Of a stretch of 64,000 bases of DNA, positions 33,101 through 42,545 are shown piece by piece. This DNA is from a virus. Where the stretch lies: IMG/VR virus record IMGVR_UViG_3300009073_000004; one strand, 5' to 3'. Numbering within the stretch: the first letter of the stretch is position 1; each line of letters starts with the position of its first letter. A program made the position numbers and the translations under genes. Below the pieces are notes generated by a model that was given only the letters and a program-made list of their open reading frames with translations, did not search any database and had not been told where the DNA came from.

Positions 33101-35608
33101 AAAACGAACCCAGCATTCGAGAGTAAACTCACCTGCCATGGCAGCATCGATATCGTTGATCGTGTACCAGCTGTTGTTTCGATCAAAGTAGGCCGCCGCA
33201 CCAAACTTCTCAACATCTGTTGTGATCTTGGGGTAGTTGGTTTGATAAAGACGGTGCTTATATCGGCTCCCATCTACAAGCTCATTTTTGTAGGGAAACG
33301 CCTGCAAGATAAGAAGACCGTCATCATAGTAGCTTACTTCTTCAGAAGCAGCAGCCAGAATGGAAGCAGGGGGAAGAAGCTCCAAACCATAACCATTCTC
33401 TTTGACTGCTACAATTTGACCGCCGTAACCGATAAGAGTTTCAGGGGTATCATAAAGAGAAACAAAAGAACCATCAAAAGCCAACGGATCTTTGGCATCA
33501 TATTGCTCGGTAGGAAGTGTGAAAGTAGTATCGGTCGGGTACTTGCACTTTTCGGTTAGAATAACATCTTGCAGGTAGCCGTCCATATCGTAGGAGTTTG
33601 ACCCGCTGTAGTTACCAAGCCGAAAAGTAGTTGCAGTCTCCGACAACGTGTAAGAGGCAGTGGTGCTGGCATCCAGAACACCATCAATGAACATTCTTGT
33701 GGTTCCTGCATCATCTCGAGCAATGGCGACGTGATACCATGTGTCTACAGCGAAAGTAGAAACACTTGTGATCAAGATTGTTGAAGCAGTTCGATAGAAC
33801 CGAAGTTTTGTAGAACCTGCATCATAATAGAGAAGGACATTGGCCGTACCGAACAAACCGGCACTTTTGTTGCTGGCCAGACGGAACCAACCTTCCCAGG
33901 TGAACTCCCCGGAAAGATCCATGTCGAAGCCGGAAAAAGTGTACCAGCTATCGTCTCCAGAGAAATACATGGCAGTGCCAAACTTCTCAGGAGAAGTGAC
34001 CACGGAAGGGTTGTTGTTTGAAGCAATGACCAAAGACTCTTGCCCACGGTCAGAAGCTTCTGTGTCGCCCGGAAGAGATTGAGCAGCAAGATGCACATCT
34101 GAATAGTAGCCAGGATCTTCAGCTCCACTGACAGCTGCAAACTCCAGAGCATTCTCTGTTTGGTTTACAACTGCGGCCAAACCGGCCTTGCCAGCAAATG
34201 TAGCTGGGGTGTCAGTCAGACCAAGAAAGACAGTCGGAGCATCATTCCCATCCGCTCCATCCGCACCGTCCTGACCATCTGCGCCATTCGCGCCATCCGC
34301 TCCGGCAGCACCCGTTGCTCCAGCAGCTCCGTCTGCACCATCGTTTCCGTCTACGCCATCTACGCCATCTGTACCGTCTGCACCTGCGGCCCCGGTAGCT
34401 CCGGTATCACCAGTGTCGCCTTTTGCCCCAGTAGCACCATCCGTACCATCCGTACCATCGGCACCGTCAGCGCCAGCAGCGCCAGTGTCACCAGTATCGC
34501 CCTTGTCGCCTTTATCACCTTTATCGCCCTTGTCACCTTTGGCTCCAGTTGCTCCATCGGCACCATCGGCTCCATCAGTTCCATCAACTCCATCGGCTCC
34601 CGCAGCGCCTGTTGAACCTGCGGGTCCAGAAGCAGCTACGATAAAATCGAGACCGTCTTCAGTAGTGTTGACAGCAGGAATCTTTCCAGCTTGGCCAGTA
34701 TAAGAAGTCGGAGCATCTGTCAGAGCCAAGAAAGTAGTGGCTCCATCTGCCCCGTCTGCCCCATCTGCTCCGTCATTACCGGCTGCACCTGTTGTTCCTG
34801 TTGCTCCTGTAGCGCCAGTATCTCCGGTGTCTCCCTTGGCTCCGGTGTCCCCAGTGTCACCTTTGACGCCCTGAGCACCGTCATTCCCATCAGCACCATC
34901 AACGCCGTCAGCACCGTCAGCACCGTCAGCACCGTCTTGTCCATCGGCCCCGGCTGCACCTGTATTACCAGTTGCCCCAGTGTTTCCCGTGTCTCCCTTA
35001 TCTCCTTTGGCTCCATCGACACCGTCTGTGCCATTTGATCCGTCAGCTCCGTCAGCCCCATCAGAACCTGCCGCCCCGGTATCGCCTTTTGCTCCGGTAT
35101 CGCCTTTGATTCCTTGAGCACCTGTCGAGCCGGTCGCTCCGGTATCACCCTTTGGGCCTGTCGGACCCTGAGCACCTGTGTCGCCTTTGAGACCGGCTGC
35201 CGTCAAAGCAGCCATGCTGGCCTCAGCGGTTTTGATATGAGCCAGGAGATCATAAGAAAGAATGCTGTGATCGAACTCATTCACGATCTCAAGTTCGGAA
35301 AGTTCGAAAGGTCCAGCACCTTGCAGAGCGACAAAGCCGATATACTCGCTCTTGATCTGGGAAAGGCTGTCTTTGTAGATCACGCTGATCCGGTAGACGA
35401 CATTGTTCTGGCCGTTGGAGTTGCTGAAGAGATCTACAGAAAAATCTCCGTTTGCATCAAGGTCGGCGGCAAAAGGACCGCTGACAAAGACCGCTTCATC
35501 TTCTTCTCTATCCCAACCAGAAAGTTCGAAGACAATTCGTGCCTCTTGAGGTGCGGTTGCGTTCACAAGATATACTGGACCTGTGACAGTAGTTTTGGTT
35601 ATAGCCAT
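30170..35608 (-). CDS. modular tail fibre / receptor-binding protein (1,812 aa)
   Basis: The ATG at 35608 is preferred over the GTG at 35617. Architecture: an N-terminal anchor, two collagen-like blocks, six ~33-aa linker motifs, four LamG domains and a Cys-rich/LRR-like C-terminus. The collagen blocks hold 51 and 43 uninterrupted G-X-Y triplets. There are six copies of the linker motif F.xL.D(T/A)P...G..V.VN..E.GL.F. Four domains carry the LamG_3 pattern (W(Y/N)H(V/I/L)A..RD....R(M/L)FIDGVL). The C-terminal ~340 aa end ...VDAILKQLVAGGATGGTVDLGGTNPAPS...GRSWTVIVN. Confidence 0.85.
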   Translation of the reverse strand: MAITKTTVTGPVYLVNATAPQEARIVFELSGWDREEDEAVFVSGPFAADLDANGDFSVDLFSNSNGQNNVVYRISVIYKDSLSQIKSEYIGFVALQGAGPFELSELEIVNEFDHSILSYDLLAHIKTAEASMAALTAAGLKGDTGAQGPTGPKGDTGATGSTGAQGIKGDTGAKGDTGAAGSDGADGADGSNGTDGVDGAKGDKGDTGNTGATGNTGAAGADGQDGADGADGADGVDGADGNDGAQGVKGDTGDTGAKGDTGDTGATGATGTTGAAGNDGADGADGADGATTFLALTDAPTSYTGQAGKIPAVNTTEDGLDFIVAASGPAGSTGAAGADGVDGTDGADGADGATGAKGDKGDKGDKGDKGDTGDTGAAGADGADGTDGTDGATGAKGDTGDTGATGAAGADGTDGVDGVDGNDGADGAAGATGAAGADGANGADGQDGADGADGNDAPTVFLGLTDTPATFAGKAGLAAVVNQTENALEFAAVSGAEDPGYYSDVHLAAQSLPGDTEASDRGQESLVIASNNNPSVVTSPEKFGTAMYFSGDDSWYTFSGFDMDLSGEFTWEGWFRLASNKSAGLFGTANVLLYYDAGSTKLRFYRTASTILITSVSTFAVDTWYHVAIARDDAGTTRMFIDGVLDASTTASYTLSETATTFRLGNYSGSNSYDMDGYLQDVILTEKCKYPTDTTFTLPTEQYDAKDPLAFDGSFVSLYDTPETLIGYGGQIVAVKENGYGLELLPPASILAAASEEVSYYDDGLLILQAFPYKNELVDGSRYKHRLYQTNYPKITTDVEKFGAAAYFDRNNSWYTINDIDAAMAGEFTLECWVRFGADSTMGIAGREEDFFLYRSTSGDAIRFYIDNTLILTSTTATSTDQWYHIAVARDDSDNIRLFIDGVLEDTYSTAITIPAGHTTFFVGNHRANTSTDLNGWIQDLILLPNTCLYSNDTSFVPPTAQYENGINVKAALTGLSDVAGPITNRTGSQLVVNPSSDGFKIVPAPAMSEDPYWPFVTALIQPVSATDSVVDKSNYQHSLTGGFGISISKTKFGAAFETAGSSDSITFSDYDAFDCTGPFTLEGWFNANDWDSLDYVIQAFDRFDIRGANGILTFDDAKGNAMVSNSTALVIDQWYHLAWAMDADGVLRMFIDGVLEDTSSGTFELGGYGALRISNNSNGWRGYIQSFRFTSGVCRYTASFTPHTELLPERDARINSILSIPDAPSTYNKSAGKLVKVNHDEDEIIFASGDTVEMDKHLKNVTLLLQPRATVTTTSIVPPDLSPRKRTMGRTGSADQNPAQTLYGGGLDIQGTSDWYWTLGTEYDDFVNDHTIEFMMWPWQDGEIQYVIGQDTDWYLTIEANGILKLYIDDTYRCQSSLSVNFENWNHVMIIRSGNIYTVYVRGDKGINSSSVTPTGNHDGYIRIGGIPTKPTGVDGDFHGYFQSVRITTGIARYTSEFSPPNEPLGIYPAGVGVFTDLMDTPDDLTDSADKFVVLNSEATGFKFVENPDKYNFQVERERYYAGDLAKITGYTPSKQIIHSSVIYTLVAACDCDGTNTCRWYPDNYNSCPRLVIAPSGTITQSTSSIDMTETGIHFFYVGGSTVAVNDPGFKFGVFGTGMLSLQFYEGADNLFWEFGVATTPSFDEDLPASAVPRGVVELKLEPSSFTLVGPFKHIPRSVEVLMCGNTDCSLTGDCADLPPRLTAAPWYNTDITLTGDISKLPATLTSLQLNNNGGSSDLTATAPINVLLVTLNLENCVQTEAAVDAILKQLVAGGATGGTVDLGGTNPAPSSVGDADRTILLGRSWTVIVN
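34241..35194 (-). repeat. collagen-like G-X-Y coding repeats (blocks 34736-35194 and 34241-34627)
   Basis: 51 + 43 consecutive Gly-X-Y triplets counted in the translated ORF. They generate several repeat-driven shadow ORFs on both strands. Confidence 0.9.
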
Positions 35609-35677
35609 GAGGTACACTACTTTCTAATTGTATGAGATCTTGAACATTTTGCTATCATGAGACAGGAGAATCTGGCA

Positions 35678-36352
35678 ATGCTTACGTTGGCTGAAGTGCA
35701 GAACACCCTACCGTCAAACCATCGGGCCAACATCACTCAAGATATGGTGGATCAGCTGAATGCACTGTCGAGAGATCCTGATGAAGCAAAGAATATCAGA
35801 GATAACTTTGTCTCGTATTCTCGGATCCTGAGTGAGGGCAAATTCAAGCTGGGCGATTACGTTCGGGCCGTAATGTACGTCTCTCACAAGATGATGAACA
35901 AGTCCAATCTTGAAGCGTACAAGGCGACTTTTCCAGATCGTCATGCAGCTCAGGTGGCAGCCGGAAAAGAACCCAAAGACATTGCTTCCTTGGTTTCGGC
36001 TTACAATAAAAACATCTTGGTCACAAAAATTATGGAACAGGCCATTGTGCCTTCCTGGATTCTGAACCAGAGCATGTTCCAAGATGCTTTGAACACCCAA
36101 TACGAGCTGATGACCGATGTGGATGTCTCGGACAAAGTTCGGTGCGAAGCAGCCAACAGCCTGCTGACCCACCTGAAGAAGCCTGAAGCGATCAAGACTG
36201 AGTTGAAGATCGACGTGGCTCTGAATGATGGTATGGCCGCTCTTGAGAGATCTCTGACCGAGATCAGCCAAAAACAGATCGAAGCTATCGAGAATAATCC
36301 GGGTGTGTCTGCTCAGGACATTGCCCATATGCCGATGAAACAGGTGAACTGA
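35678..36352 (+). CDS. N4 gp69-position protein; candidate small terminase subunit (224 aa)
   Basis: The ATG at 35678 has AGGAGA 8 nt upstream (the track start at 35657 lacks an RBS). TGATG overlap with the large terminase. The product call rests on position only. Confidence 0.55.
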   Translation: MLTLAEVQNTLPSNHRANITQDMVDQLNALSRDPDEAKNIRDNFVSYSRILSEGKFKLGDYVRAVMYVSHKMMNKSNLEAYKATFPDRHAAQVAAGKEPKDIASLVSAYNKNILVTKIMEQAIVPSWILNQSMFQDALNTQYELMTDVDVSDKVRCEAANSLLTHLKKPEAIKTELKIDVALNDGMAALERSLTEISQKQIEAIENNPGVSAQDIAHMPMKQVN

Positions 36353-37962
36353 TGTTGGACATGGCCCCAACTGAAAGCACAGTTGATGACTATCTTAATG
36401 AAGTAGATCTCATGGCGCTGAATGGCTCTGTTGGTTATGTGCCAACAGAGTTTGCCCTGAAATTTATGAATTTCATTAAGCTGGTAAATGGTGACATGGG
36501 GGAAGATAACAAAACCCCTGTGATGCACTTGTCTATGCTGGACAAGATTGCAAACAAGAAGAAAAAGATCGCCAATCTGTGCTTTCGTGGGTCAGGTAAA
36601 ACTTCGATCTTTATTGAGTATCTTGCTCTGTATATTGCTGTGTTTGGAAAGATTCCTAATTTCGGCAAGATCAACGGGATGCTTTATATCTCGGATTCAA
36701 TGGACAACGGTGTGAAGTCTGCCAAGAACTCTATGCAGTTCAGGTATGATAATTCCGAGTTCATGCAACATTGGGTGCCTCACGCACACTTCACTGAAAA
36801 CTATATCGAGTTCCAAAACAGGTCCGGCCACAAGTTTGGCATCAAGATGTTTGGTGCCAAGTCCGGTATTCGTGGGACGAAGATTTTCAACAAGCGCCCA
36901 ACGCTGGCCGTCATGGATGACTTGGTTTCAGATGCTGATTCCAAATCCAAGACCGCTATGGATGCCATCAAAGACACAGTCTATTCCGGGGTCCAGTATG
37001 CTCTCGATCCGACCCGGTACAAGATGATCCTGAACGGGACACCTTTCAACAAAGAGGACATCGTTTACGAAGCCATTGAATCAGGATCCTGGGATGTGAA
37101 CGTGTTCCCGGTCTGTGAGCGATTTCCGTGCGAGAGATCCGAGTTTCAGGGAGCTTGGGAAGACAGGTTCAATTTCGACTATGTGAAAGAAAAGTACGAC
37201 GATGCTGTGAAAGAAGGAAAAGAGAAATCTTTCCGGCAGGAACTGATGCTCAGGATTACCAGCGAGGAAAGCAAGCTGGTTCAGGACAAAGAGATCCTCT
37301 GGAGAAAGAGATCAGAGATCCTCCAGAACAAGTACAAGTACAACTTCTATATCACGACAGATTTTGCCACCTCGTCGAAGCAGACAGCAGATTATTCTGT
37401 GCTCTCGGTCTGGGCCTATGACAAAGACAAAAAGTGGACATGGGTAGATGGTGTGGTCGAGCGTCAGGGCATGAACCTGACCATCAACGATCTGTTCAGG
37501 CTGGTAGGAGAGTATGACCCTCAAGGGGTCGGAGTAGAGACCACAGGCCAACAGGGGGGCTTCGTGGATTGGCTTCTTATGGAGATGGACAACAGGGGCG
37601 TGTATTTCCCTCTGACCCAGCACAATGGGAGTGCGGGGATTCGTCCCACCACCGATAAGCTTGCTCGATTTAACATGGTCGTACCCTACTTCAAGACAAG
37701 CAAAATCTATTTTGCTGAAGAGATGAAGCTTTCCAAAGAGCTGGGCATTTTCCTGGGTCAGATTGCCTTGGCCACCAAGGATGGGTTAAAAGGCAAAGAC
37801 GACTGCATCGACACAGTTTCAATGCTGCCGTACATGAATCCATGGGAACCGTCTGAGGACATCCCCCCTGAAGAAGACAAGAAAGACGATACAGGCGTTT
37901 GGGGAACCAGCGATATTCAGGATGAGCACGACGATTCATCGTTTGGTTCTTACATGGTTTAA
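36352..37962 (+). CDS. terminase large subunit (N4 gp68-type, 536 aa)
   Basis: Walker A-like CFRGSGKTS, Walker B LAVMDDLVSD, C-terminal nuclease-like region (FYITTDFATS..., DDCIDT). Confidence 0.85.
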   Translation: MLDMAPTESTVDDYLNEVDLMALNGSVGYVPTEFALKFMNFIKLVNGDMGEDNKTPVMHLSMLDKIANKKKKIANLCFRGSGKTSIFIEYLALYIAVFGKIPNFGKINGMLYISDSMDNGVKSAKNSMQFRYDNSEFMQHWVPHAHFTENYIEFQNRSGHKFGIKMFGAKSGIRGTKIFNKRPTLAVMDDLVSDADSKSKTAMDAIKDTVYSGVQYALDPTRYKMILNGTPFNKEDIVYEAIESGSWDVNVFPVCERFPCERSEFQGAWEDRFNFDYVKEKYDDAVKEGKEKSFRQELMLRITSEESKLVQDKEILWRKRSEILQNKYKYNFYITTDFATSSKQTADYSVLSVWAYDKDKKWTWVDGVVERQGMNLTINDLFRLVGEYDPQGVGVETTGQQGGFVDWLLMEMDNRGVYFPLTQHNGSAGIRPTTDKLARFNMVVPYFKTSKIYFAEEMKLSKELGIFLGQIALATKDGLKGKDDCIDTVSMLPYMNPWEPSEDIPPEEDKKDDTGVWGTSDIQDEHDDSSFGSYMV

Positions 37963-37992
37963 GACATAACCAAATCTAAAGGATGAAAAGAC

Positions 37993-38748
37993 ATGTATAG
38001 CTCAACCGGCATTGACGAATTTCTGGATATCCTTGCAAAAGGTCAGCTGAAAAATGCGTCTTGCACAGAAAATGGTTTGATCATTCAAGAAAAGGTTCCT
38101 GAGCTAGTAAGTTACGTCAATCAAGGTCTGACAGATATCTGTGTCAGACAGACGATCATTACGAGAACGGTTGATCTAATATTTCTTGATGACAAGAAAA
38201 CTTACGAGATGGTGTTGGACGCTTATTATCCGTATTTGAACGATGACGATACGGATCCGTTTAGCGAATACTATTTCATTCGGTTTCTTGAGATAATTGA
38301 CGCCGAAGGTAAAAAGCACTTCACAGACACCAACGGCCATATCATGACGCCGGAGTTTAACACGCTCAGGTTTACCTCTGCAAAGATCCGAGAGCTTGGT
38401 CCCAAGATCAGGATCAAATATCAGGCTCGGCATCCATGGGTCACGTCGAACGTGATCGATTACATGCAGCAAGGGAACTCGGAAGTAGGACAACAAGTGT
38501 TTTCTCCAGGGTTTGCCCCTATTTCTACCCAGAACTTTATTAAGCTGCCGCCGAACATGCTCACAGCTCTTCAGATATATGTAGCGTCTCTATATTTATC
38601 GCACATTGGAGGGGAAGAAAGTTCGAGACAGGGTGAGAGGTATTTTGCTACCTATCTGAGATATCTAGGCTTTGATGAGGAAAAGGACTTGAGTTCCACA
38701 TCTGAGACTATGCATGACGATAAGCTGTCGGACAGAGGATTCGTCTAA
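37993..38748 (+). CDS. virion/structural protein (N4 gp67 position, 251 aa)
   Basis: ORF track and synteny only. Confidence 0.55.
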   Translation: MYSSTGIDEFLDILAKGQLKNASCTENGLIIQEKVPELVSYVNQGLTDICVRQTIITRTVDLIFLDDKKTYEMVLDAYYPYLNDDDTDPFSEYYFIRFLEIIDAEGKKHFTDTNGHIMTPEFNTLRFTSAKIRELGPKIRIKYQARHPWVTSNVIDYMQQGNSEVGQQVFSPGFAPISTQNFIKLPPNMLTALQIYVASLYLSHIGGEESSRQGERYFATYLRYLGFDEEKDLSSTSETMHDDKLSDRGFV

Positions 38749-39101
38749 TGGAACCAAGCAAGTTCACGCTGCTATCGGAGGTGTTCAACGAGCGAGCTTT
38801 GCTCCTCACCTTCTTCGGCGCTCTAGGTGGCTCGGTAAGAGCCACCGTCCTGAAAACCACATGGAAGGAAGGACTGCGAGTCGTCTTTGTCGGCGGAGCT
38901 GTGTCGTTTGGTATTGGTGTCATGGGTCCAGCAATCCTGGAACCATGGATCGGAAACGTCCCTGAAGATATGGCTGGAGCTATCGGTACACTGACCGCTA
39001 TTTCTTTCCTGACTGGCCTTGTTGCCGTGACAATCGTTGAGAGGCTTATATCTAAAGGGGAAGAAGAAACCGCTGAAAAGTCAGCCAAAGATGAGAGATA
39101 A
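38748..39101 (+). CDS. holin candidate (117 aa, three hydrophobic helices)
   Basis: LLLTFFGALGGSV, VVFVGGAVSFGIGVMGPAIL, AIGTLTAISFLTGLVAVTIV and a charged C-terminus. TAATG overlap with the upstream gene. It sits next to the muramidase. Confidence 0.55.
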   Translation: MEPSKFTLLSEVFNERALLLTFFGALGGSVRATVLKTTWKEGLRVVFVGGAVSFGIGVMGPAILEPWIGNVPEDMAGAIGTLTAISFLTGLVAVTIVERLISKGEEETAEKSAKDER

Positions 39102-39106
39102 GAACC

Positions 39107-39682
39107 ATGAAACAATTCTTGCGTTCAACAAAACAAGGCGGAGCACGAGACGACTTCAAAGTGCTTGTAGTGGGTTGTCTTGTGAGTATTGCATTGCTTA
39201 TGGCTCAAAAACCCATAGGGATTTTCTACCATAAGTATCTGGTTCAACGTCCTTTTATTACGGCTGTGCTGGAGATCAGACCAGGCCCGAATGAGCCTAT
39301 GCTACTTTATGATGCTGACGCCAATAAGAGCGTTGGTCCGGTCAGGGGTCTGTGGGTTGCCACGGTATTTGCTGAAAACGGTACTCGTCTATTCAGTCGT
39401 CGAGGCTACGGTGACTATACCGACACGGACGATGATCCGAGATTGTGGAAGTGGTCTGCATGGTTCGATCCTGAAGATGGAACTCCAACCCCTAAAGTTC
39501 CTACGATCCCGTTCAAGGTCTGCCTGCGATACAAGAGCGAGACCTATGACACCAAAGTTATAGACAGAACTCCAGAGATCTGTACGGATATATATGATCC
39601 GAACATTCCTTATTCTGGGGAGAAGTCAAATGATGAGTCCAAACGTATTCCGGGGAGCCGGAAATACGCCTTCAACAATTAA
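39107..39682 (+). CDS. membrane-anchored protein in the lysis cassette (191 aa)
   Basis: N-terminal FKVLVVGCLVSIALLMA acts as a signal anchor; LVVGC is lipobox-like but lies within a continuing hydrophobic helix. Confidence 0.5.
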   Translation: MKQFLRSTKQGGARDDFKVLVVGCLVSIALLMAQKPIGIFYHKYLVQRPFITAVLEIRPGPNEPMLLYDADANKSVGPVRGLWVATVFAENGTRLFSRRGYGDYTDTDDDPRLWKWSAWFDPEDGTPTPKVPTIPFKVCLRYKSETYDTKVIDRTPEICTDIYDPNIPYSGEKSNDESKRIPGSRKYAFNN

Positions 39683-40205
39683 ATTCATGCGGTCTGCGAA
39701 TGCGATGTTCCCCTATGAGGGGGGCTTCGTGAACGATCCCCAAGACAATGGGGGGGCGACCAACTTCGGCATCACGCATAGAACTCTTGCGGACTGGCGT
39801 GGTGTCGATTCGGTTTCCATCTCAGATGTAAAGCTCCTGACCAAAAATGAAGCTTTGCTCATCTACAAAAACAACTATTGGAACAAGTGTCGATGCCAGG
39901 ATCTTCCTGATGGTGTCGACTATTGCGTGTTCGATTTCGCGGTCAACTCCGGCCCGAAAACCGCAGGAAAATATCTCCAGAGATCCCTTGGTTTCAACAA
40001 GAAGAATGTTGATGGGGTGATCGGTCCTTACACGCTTCGCCATGCCCATGAAGCGGATCCAGTGTTTTTGATCCAAGACATGTGCCATCGTAGGCTGGCA
40101 TTCATGCAAACTTTGCGATCTTGGAAAAGGTTTGGCAGAGGCTGGACAAGGCGTGTAAAAGCTCTGGAGAAAACTTCGATCGGCTTCATCACAAAAGAAG
40201 TTTAA
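39630..40205 (+). CDS. GH108-family N-acetylmuramidase endolysin with PG_binding_3-like domain (alternative start 39687)
   Basis: FPYEGGFVNDPQDNGGATNFGIT (GH108 signature) and NVDGVIGPYTLRHA. N4 gp61 is the founding GH108 enzyme. The ATG at 39630 has GGGGAG upstream. Confidence 0.8.
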   Translation: MMSPNVFRGAGNTPSTIKFMRSANAMFPYEGGFVNDPQDNGGATNFGITHRTLADWRGVDSVSISDVKLLTKNEALLIYKNNYWNKCRCQDLPDGVDYCVFDFAVNSGPKTAGKYLQRSLGFNKKNVDGVIGPYTLRHAHEADPVFLIQDMCHRRLAFMQTLRSWKRFGRGWTRRVKALEKTSIGFITKEV

Positions 40206-40229
40206 AAAGTTCAGCTAGGAGAGTGCATC

Positions 40230-42545
40230 GTGGATATGGAAACTGAAGAACAGGGGGGCAAATCCAACCTGAATGAATCCAGTCGAGAGCTGCATTACGA
40301 CCCCAGCAAGCTGGACGAATCGCCGGACAGCAAGCTGACAGACTGGGCAAAAGAACCTACGATTGCTGAGCTGAAAGCTGATCTCGAATACGCTCGAGAA
40401 GAGAACACGAACCACAAGACCAATGTTGATGGTTGGCTCGCTCTTCGCAACACCACCGGGGCAGAGTCCGGGGTGAAGGGTGGGAAGAAGCAACCCGGCC
40501 GGTCGAGCATTCAGCCGAAGATGATCCGCAAGAGCAACGAGTGGAGATACCCTGCTCTGTCGGAACCTTTTCTCAACACCGAACGGATGTTCCAAGTGAA
40601 CCCTCGGACGTTCGAGGATGGAGAAGCTGCGAAGCAGAACCAGATCCTGCTGAACTGGCAGTTCGACACCAAGCTGAACAAAGTTGATTTTATTGATCGA
40701 TATGTCCGAACCGTGGTCGATGAAGGCACGGTGATTGTTCGTGTTGGTTGGGACAACAAGACCGAAAAAGTCACGATCGAAAAGCCTGTCTACGACTATT
40801 TCGAAGTCGAGGACGAACAGCAGATGGAGATGCTTCAGCAGGCAATCCAGATGTATGAGGCTGACGATCCCGGTTATGAAAGGCTGCCTGAAGATCTTCA
40901 AGCTTCCGTAGAGTATTCTCTGGAGAATGAAGATGGCATCATGGTCATCGCTCAAGAAACCGGCACTGAAAAAGTGACGGAAGATGTGCTGACCTACAAT
41001 CAACCAAGTGTAAAGATTGTGGACAGTCGGAACTTGTTTATTGACCCGTCATGCGATGGGCAATGGCAGGATGCTCAGTTCATGGTTTTCACTTATGAGA
41101 CCACGAAAGCAGATCTCAAGAAAAGAAAGATTTTCAAGAATCTCGATCAGGTGAACTGGGAATCCAATGCTGTCAAAAGCAAGCTGGGTGATCCTGATCA
41201 TGAAACCAATTCTCCGAGCAATGATACTCGGGTGAATAAAGAAAAGCAGATGGTCGTTGTTCACGAGTATTGGGGCTTGTCCGATATTCACGACAACGAA
41301 GAGACAGTTCCCATCTTGGTTTCATTCATCGGTGACACGATCATCCAAATGACCGAGAACCCGTTCCCGGATCGGAAGCCTCCATTCATCATCGTGCCGT
41401 ATATGCCTGTCCTCATGGCTCATTACGGCGAAGCTGATGCGAGCCTGCTTCAGGATGCCCAGCGCATCACTGGCGCTGTCACACGAGGCGTGATTGACCT
41501 TCTGGGCCGGTCTGCGAATGCTCAGCAAGGTTACGCCAAAGGCTTCCTGGATCCTGTCAACAAGCGCCGGTTCAACTCTGGTGAGGATTTCGAGTTCAAT
41601 CCCAACGGCGATCCTCGGGGAATGCTCCAGCAGCTGAAATATCCTGAGATCCCCAACTCGGCATTTCAGGTGCTTCAGCAACAGAACCAGGAAGCTGAAG
41701 GTCTGTCCGGCATCAAGAGCTTTTCGAGCGGTATCACAGGTGAATCCTATGGTCAGGTGGCCAAGGGCATTGCAGCTGCATCTGATGCCGCAGGACAGCG
41801 TGAGGTGAGCATTCTCCGCCGTCTGGCAGAGGGTATGAAACTTATCGGCATCAAGATCACAGCCATGAACTCGAAGTTCTTGTCTGACGAAGAGACCGTT
41901 CGAGTGACCAATGATGAGTTCGTGGATATTTCTCGAGAAAGTATCCAAGGGAACTTCGACATGGTGGTGGATATTTCCACTGCAAAAGTCGACGAGGAGC
42001 GTGCTCAGGATCTTGGCTACATGCTTCAAACCATGGGACCGGACATGGATCCGGGTCTCAGCCAGATCATCATTTCCGAGATTGCTGACCTGAAGAGAAT
42101 GCCAACTCTGGCTGAAAAGATTCGGAACTATCAGCCTCAGCCTGATCCGATGCAGCAAGAGATGCAGAAGCTCGAGATGGAGAAGATGAAAGCTGACATT
42201 GAGCTGGACAAGGCTCGTGCAATGGAAGCTCAGGCCCGAGCAAAGAACACCAATCTCGATACCGAGCTGGATGCTCAAGGCGTCAAGCATTCCCGTGATG
42301 TCGAGAAGCAGGCAGCTCAGGCCGGTGGCAACCGTGATCTGGAAGTAGCCAAGGGCATTCTCAAAGGGGATACCCCGGCAGGAAACATTGAAGCAGCCGT
42401 CGGTTACAACAAACTGATCGACGGAAAAGACGATGTGCGTCCTCCCATTCCACCCGGTCAACCCAGCGCCGAAGAACTTCTGATGCAGGGACAGCAACCA
42501 CAAGTTCTTCCGAATCAACAGCTTGGTCCTTTACAATCAGTATAG
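40230..42545 (+). CDS. portal protein (N4 gp59-type, 771 aa)
   Basis: Called from size and position between the lysis cassette and the scaffold/capsid genes. No catalytic motif is available to verify it. Confidence 0.7.
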   Translation: MDMETEEQGGKSNLNESSRELHYDPSKLDESPDSKLTDWAKEPTIAELKADLEYAREENTNHKTNVDGWLALRNTTGAESGVKGGKKQPGRSSIQPKMIRKSNEWRYPALSEPFLNTERMFQVNPRTFEDGEAAKQNQILLNWQFDTKLNKVDFIDRYVRTVVDEGTVIVRVGWDNKTEKVTIEKPVYDYFEVEDEQQMEMLQQAIQMYEADDPGYERLPEDLQASVEYSLENEDGIMVIAQETGTEKVTEDVLTYNQPSVKIVDSRNLFIDPSCDGQWQDAQFMVFTYETTKADLKKRKIFKNLDQVNWESNAVKSKLGDPDHETNSPSNDTRVNKEKQMVVVHEYWGLSDIHDNEETVPILVSFIGDTIIQMTENPFPDRKPPFIIVPYMPVLMAHYGEADASLLQDAQRITGAVTRGVIDLLGRSANAQQGYAKGFLDPVNKRRFNSGEDFEFNPNGDPRGMLQQLKYPEIPNSAFQVLQQQNQEAEGLSGIKSFSSGITGESYGQVAKGIAAASDAAGQREVSILRRLAEGMKLIGIKITAMNSKFLSDEETVRVTNDEFVDISRESIQGNFDMVVDISTAKVDEERAQDLGYMLQTMGPDMDPGLSQIIISEIADLKRMPTLAEKIRNYQPQPDPMQQEMQKLEMEKMKADIELDKARAMEAQARAKNTNLDTELDAQGVKHSRDVEKQAAQAGGNRDLEVAKGILKGDTPAGNIEAAVGYNKLIDGKDDVRPPIPPGQPSAEELLMQGQQPQVLPNQQLGPLQSV

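Noticed and set aside
34160-35175. Several 77-151-aa ORFs on both strands in the collagen-repeat region, and the periodic DNA repeats there
   Set aside because: They are produced by the 9-nt G-X-Y periodicity of the fibre gene. This is not a CRISPR array (there is no repeat-spacer structure) and these are not independent genes.
35609-35677. Sigma-70-type promoters in the divergent fibre/late-operon spacer (TACAAT at 35627-35632 on the minus strand; TTGTAT-18-TATCAT on the plus strand)
   Set aside because: The -35 elements are poor. The plus-strand candidate would start transcription inside the RBS. Hexamer matches in AT-rich DNA cannot be distinguished from chance by eye.
40215-42518. 262-aa and 398-aa minus-strand ORFs opposite the portal gene
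   Set aside because: Codon-aligned shadows with no motifs and no RBS.
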